In this document: positions 43,268 through 46,902 of the stretch, one piece after another
Position numbering within the stretch: the first letter of the stretch is position 1
How the letters are laid out: the number at the start of each line of letters is the position of its first letter
IMG/VR virus record: IMGVR_UViG_3300020440_000025
Location: 1-46,902 of that record
Length of the DNA: 46,902 nucleotides
Origin: a virus
Taxonomy: Duplodnaviria; Caudoviricetes
Reading direction: 5' to 3' (one strand)
The notes under the pieces: generated by a model
The model's database searches: none
The model's input: the letters and a program-made list of their open reading frames with translations, nothing else
Told to the model about the DNA's origin: nothing
Made by a program: the position numbers and the translations under genes

Positions 43268-45135
43268 TATCTCTTACCATTTGGTTGTAGATCTAACCTA
43301 GTCTTGCCAAGCCTGAATCCCACCCCTGCGTTTGCAGATTGGAATCGTAAAGCTGCCTGCCTGCCTCTAGCCCTCATGTCTATCTTAGTGGTGCTACCAG
43401 TAAACGCTGTTGTCTGTTCTGTGGCTAGGTCATCGCCTGGGAAGTTTCTAACTTTAAGAACTGCATCAATTGACTGACCGCTACCCCCAGATCCATTAAA
43501 GTTAATGTCTGGAATCATGCGCTTAACAAACTGAAACTGCTCTCCATCGCCTATGTCAAAGTCACCGGACTCAATAAAGACAGACTCCATGGGCGATCCA
43601 TCATCGTCATTGCCCACCTCATGGCTATACAAGTATGCAGTGGATGAGTCTTTGCCTGCAGCTATGGGGTTGTCAGAGATGCCTTCGTCTATCCATGTGG
43701 TTCTAGAGAGTTGTCCAATCGCCCAGCTATCCTCTTCATAGTTGTAAGTAACGTATCGGTCAATGACTGCGGTAGAAGCTGAACAATAGAACCAACCCAC
43801 TTCGTTGAACTGTTTGTTCACAAAGCCAAAGAACTGAAATCCTTGTGACTGGTTCATGTCATCGTACACATAGGATTGCACGGTACATCTGACGTTTTCA
43901 ACCGCACCTGTATATTTATAGAAACCTTTCTTATCCATCCAAAAGGTTCCAGAAGGCGTATTCACCGGACAGTTTGGACCCATCAAGCTTACACCTTCAT
44001 TGATTAGGTTAAGACCAAAGGTCAAAGGCGGTCCTATGAACTGTAAACTATATAGAGCCACATCAGTCCATATCAGCGTTTCTTGTCGAGCTCGTAATCC
44101 ACCAATGATCTCAGAACCTGCAGAACATCTAAGATCACCTGCTGTATTGTCCGATCTGGGCTCCCAATCTGCTGGGTTTTCTTGATCAGAGAATGCAATC
44201 AAAAGCGGATCAACTGAACCTGTTCTTGCGGTAAAGGTAGAATTAATAGGATCTGCACCCAACACTATAACGTGTCTATCAATGTCAGATACGATGACTT
44301 GTAACCCTTTGGTGGGCGTAAGGTTAGCGCCAGACAAAGCGCTTAGCGCAACGGCTCTGGTATTCAAACCATTGGTATTGTCCCAATAATAAATACTTCC
44401 TGCTCTTGGATTGGCTACAAGATCTTCACCAAAATTATCCATTGACCACAATCTTAATTGGTTGCCTTCAGAGATAGCAGAGGTCGATCCCCATGCCCCA
44501 GAGCCCCATGAGTCAATGCCCCAGCCTGTGCCTGCAACAAAGACATCTAGTCCAGTGTTGATCTGATATGTGCCTACCGTGGACCCACCACCATTACCGC
44601 TGTCACTTGAGTTAGCAGTCACTGTGTTACCAGAAGTATCTTTGGCTGTAATGGTGTAACTGTTAGTGTTTACTATCGATAATATTTGGTATTCTTGATT
44701 CAGCACATTAGCAATAATCAGACCGCCCAAACTTGCTGCACCTGAAAAAGTAACAAAGTCATTTTCAAATGCACCATGTCCGGTTTCATTTACTGTAATG
44801 GTGGACGATCCGTTGGTTGCAGAGAAAGTGACATCGCCTGCTGCAGTGGTCAGACGTATGGGGGTCACATCGTTATAGCTTGCGCCTTCTTGAATGTAGA
44901 GCTTGAATCGAGTGCCAAGCCCTAAAAGCTTTGACCCTGCTAGATTCACCCAGTTATGTAGCTTTCTGCCAGTCCCTTCGTAAGAGGCTAAGACAAACTT
45001 CTGCCAACCGCCTATCTTCTCAGCATACCCTTTTCTAAATCTAACTAGGTTACCGTCAAACCAACCGCCTTCAGCGGTATAACTGGTGCTTTCTTTGTTG
45101 ATGCCTGGTCTAAACTGAAAAGGTTGTAATGGCAT
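43267..45135 (-). CDS. Tail tubular protein B / P22 gp10-like stabilisation protein
   Basis: 622 aa with beta-propeller-like composition; begins MPLQ...FRPGI and ends RLDLQPNGKR; upstream of the internal virion genes. Confidence 0.7.
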   Translation of the reverse strand: MPLQPFQFRPGINKESTSYTAEGGWFDGNLVRFRKGYAEKIGGWQKFVLASYEGTGRKLHNWVNLAGSKLLGLGTRFKLYIQEGASYNDVTPIRLTTAAGDVTFSATNGSSTITVNETGHGAFENDFVTFSGAASLGGLIIANVLNQEYQILSIVNTNSYTITAKDTSGNTVTANSSDSGNGGGSTVGTYQINTGLDVFVAGTGWGIDSWGSGAWGSTSAISEGNQLRLWSMDNFGEDLVANPRAGSIYYWDNTNGLNTRAVALSALSGANLTPTKGLQVIVSDIDRHVIVLGADPINSTFTARTGSVDPLLIAFSDQENPADWEPRSDNTAGDLRCSAGSEIIGGLRARQETLIWTDVALYSLQFIGPPLTFGLNLINEGVSLMGPNCPVNTPSGTFWMDKKGFYKYTGAVENVRCTVQSYVYDDMNQSQGFQFFGFVNKQFNEVGWFYCSASTAVIDRYVTYNYEEDSWAIGQLSRTTWIDEGISDNPIAAGKDSSTAYLYSHEVGNDDDGSPMESVFIESGDFDIGDGEQFQFVKRMIPDINFNGSGGSGQSIDAVLKVRNFPGDDLATEQTTAFTGSTTKIDMRARGRQAALRFQSANAGVGFRLGKTRLDLQPNGKR

Positions 45136-45136
45136 A

Positions 45137-45619
45137 TTATGCGTCCGCTAGTTCAAGCATTCGTATTTTTAAACGATTGCTTCTTGCTGGAGTCTGTTTG
45201 CTCCACCTAGAATCCATCATCTCAAGGGCTACCTGGCCCCAAGCCTGCGCCTCTACTGCTTCGTTCATATTCTTAAACTTACTGAGTCCGGTGGTTCCCA
45301 TTTGGAAGCACATGTTCACAAGCACATGTTGGGCTTCTTGAGGTAGCTCCTCCCAATTGTCATATATCCTACAACAACCATCAATAGCGATTTGTACGTC
45401 TTCTTGGAACAACTCGTAGCATCGATGTTCTGTAATGCACTCCTCTTCTGGCGCACCGTCATAAGCATTCTTAACAGGCAGACTAGCTTCTGGATCAGTG
45501 TGTAAGATCTTATGGCCGATCCCTATGGTGGCGTGACCTTCTGTACAAAGGTAAGGATGAAGCACCTTTCCTTCGTCACTGGCTATTTCGTCATAAAGGA
45601 CTGTTACATCTACCGTCAT
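45137..45619 (-). CDS. Phage lysozyme (T4-like, GH24) endolysin
   Basis: DEG..LHPYLCTEGHATIGIGH...VLVNMCFQMG..GLSKFKNM...EMMDSRWSKQTPAR. Confidence 0.88.
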   Translation of the reverse strand: MTVDVTVLYDEIASDEGKVLHPYLCTEGHATIGIGHKILHTDPEASLPVKNAYDGAPEEECITEHRCYELFQEDVQIAIDGCCRIYDNWEELPQEAQHVLVNMCFQMGTTGLSKFKNMNEAVEAQAWGQVALEMMDSRWSKQTPARSNRLKIRMLELADA

Positions 45620-45669
45620 GCGTACTTACCGATTAAGTAACCAATTATAAATACTATTGCTATTTCCAT
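45616..45669 (-). CDS. 17-aa hydrophobic micropeptide
   Basis: Hand-translated: MEIAIVFIIGYLIGKYA. Its ATG overlaps the upstream stop (TAATG) and its stop overlaps the lysozyme start (ATGA). Confidence 0.5.
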   Translation of the reverse strand: MEIAIVFIIGYLIGKYA

Positions 45670-45986
45670 TATTTTCTAAAACTCTGAAACCCAAAGAAAG
45701 CTGCAATCAAACCTGATACAGATATAAAATACACTGACGCTATGTCCCCTAGTATAGAGGCTGCTTGGTCTAGTTTCAAAAAGGATGTGATCACAATACC
45801 AGAGGGGTATAAAAGCATGCCAAACAAAGCAAACCAACACATGTTCTTCTGTGCATCAGCTTTTTCGTTAGCAATCTCAAGCGCCTGTAACCTCTCTGTG
45901 GTAGCAAGCTCTGCATCTGTCACCACACCATCGCCATCTGTATCGTATTTATTGTACTCCGATCCAGGCTCTAGCTCTTTGTTCAT
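45669..45986 (-). CDS. Membrane protein with an EF-hand-like loop and two transmembrane segments
   Basis: YDTDGDGVVTDAEL followed by two hydrophobic helices; lies in the lysis cassette. Confidence 0.7.
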   Translation of the reverse strand: MNKELEPGSEYNKYDTDGDGVVTDAELATTERLQALEIANEKADAQKNMCWFALFGMLLYPSGIVITSFLKLDQAASILGDIASVYFISVSGLIAAFFGFQSFRK

Positions 45987-46390
45987 TTTTCTCTACTTAC
46001 TTTCTGCGTTTTTTCTACAGTTCTCATAGCGCCAAGTCCAAGCATACCTAGCAATACAGGCATCATGGCTGACATATCAAGGCTAGGAACCTCAACATTC
46101 ATTTCAGCCAGCAACAACCCAAAGTTAGCCATAGGTATAAGGATGTAGTTTGAAAGTAAGGCAACGCAGCATGTCCATCCCACGGCCGGGCGCCACCCGG
46201 CAACGAACATACTCTTGCTTGCCGCTTCTACTTTGTTTACCTCTAACTGACCCTTTGCAAGCTCTTGGGCATGTCGTTCTGACATGGTTGCAATCTCGTG
46301 GGCGAGAGCGTTCTTTTGGTCTTTATCTTCGATAAACTTATCAAGCAACCCGGTAACAGGGCCAACGAGGGAACTAAGTATTGCGCTCAT
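45983..46390 (-). CDS. Holin (3TM / GTA-holin-like)
   Basis: VTGLLDKFIEDKD...FVAGWRPAVGW...LLGMLGLGAMRTVEK. Confidence 0.8.
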   Translation of the reverse strand: MSAILSSLVGPVTGLLDKFIEDKDQKNALAHEIATMSERHAQELAKGQLEVNKVEAASKSMFVAGWRPAVGWTCCVALLSNYILIPMANFGLLLAEMNVEVPSLDMSAMMPVLLGMLGLGAMRTVEKTQKVSREK

Positions 46391-46492
46391 ATCATCTCCT
46401 TGTTATTCATTTATGCGGTCTTTGACGCACCTGACCGCGAGGTAGGGTAGGCTGAATAAGGCCTGCGTCAGGTAAAATTTCATCACATATTC

Positions 46493-46708
46493 TCACTCAA
46501 ATAAAGGCGTATTTTTACTTACCATCCTTGGGATGCAATAACTGGTCACATTTTGTTGTCTGTAATACGGACGATCATTCGGACTCCACTTGCCTTGTTC
46601 TATTGCACTGGCAAATTCTTGGCATCGATACACTGATTTCCAGAGCATCCGGTTGTCAGACACAGTCTCGCCTTCTACCACCACCACTAACAAGAATGCC
46701 ATCAACAT
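46493..46708 (-). CDS. Small hypothetical protein
   Basis: ORF track 46493..46723; hydrophobic N-terminus and two Cys; start uncertain. Confidence 0.55.
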   Translation of the reverse strand: MLMAFLLVVVVEGETVSDNRMLWKSVYRCQEFASAIEQGKWSPNDRPYYRQQNVTSYCIPRMVSKNTPLFE

Positions 46709-46902
46709 TTGTATCGACCACACTTTCTAATATTCCGCTGACGTTCTTTAGCTTGCTCAAGCCTTTGCTTGGCAGAATCTAATCTTCTCTCTTGTATGGC
46801 TTCATATATGTACCATCCTGACCAACCTATAAACCCTAAAGAACAAATAATAAAAAGAACAGTAAGGCGATCCTTCATTCTTTGTTGTCGTTCTTTACGT
46901 TT
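46702..46902 (-). CDS. Membrane-anchored coiled-coil protein, truncated at the window end
   Basis: Hand-translated open frame from 46902: KRKERQQRMKDRLTVLFIICSLGFIGWSGWYIYEAIQERR...KCGRYKC*. Confidence 0.55.
   Translation of the reverse strand, partial: KRKERQQRMKDRLTVLFIICSLGFIGWSGWYIYEAIQERRLDSAKQRLEQAKERQRNIRKCGRYKC

Noticed and set aside
46415-46472. HDV-like or hammerhead ribozyme call for the holin leader
   Set aside because: The CCTCGC segment resembles an HDV loop, but I could not build the nested double pseudoknot, and no CUGANGA/GAAA core is present.
1-46902. tRNA genes, integrase/att site, DNA or RNA polymerase, reverse transcriptase/DGR
   Set aside because: None was recognised in this window, although the genome continues beyond both ends.

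Overview
Most of the genome of a tailed dsDNA phage, probably a podovirus-like aquatic phage. Both ends of the window fall inside the minus-strand late operon. Minus-strand late genes (1-15.6 kb and 33-46.9 kb) encode tail/adaptor proteins, a Mu gpT-type major capsid protein, a scaffold, GroES, portal, TerL, internal virion proteins, a tail tubular/stabilisation protein, lysozyme and holin. A plus-strand island of small early genes (15.9-21 kb) separates terL from terS and is preceded by two perfect LexA-type SOS boxes. A divergent replication module (22-33 kb) encodes a primase-helicase, a Sak4-like ATPase, an SSB-like protein, an SF2 helicase and a PD-(D/E)XK nuclease. No DNA polymerase, RNA polymerase, integrase, tRNA or CRISPR array was seen. 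The most striking element sits inside the replication operon at 28.5-30.1 kb. It comprises a structured leader, a stand-alone RAMP/Cas7-like gene, a coupled partner gene and a 285-nt non-coding array. The array parses exactly into five GGCA-delimited units of 10-11 pentamers, each a conserved GGY plus a variable NN, which suggests a non-CRISPR RNA-guided system with a gapped code. Other notable items are a candidate anti-Shine-Dalgarno sRNA complementary to early-gene RBSs (22.47-22.59 kb), an iteron/IHF cluster, GGCCGCAAG repeat clusters and a recurring xxxGG peptide motif in late proteins. All family assignments are by-eye motif recognition; no searches were run.
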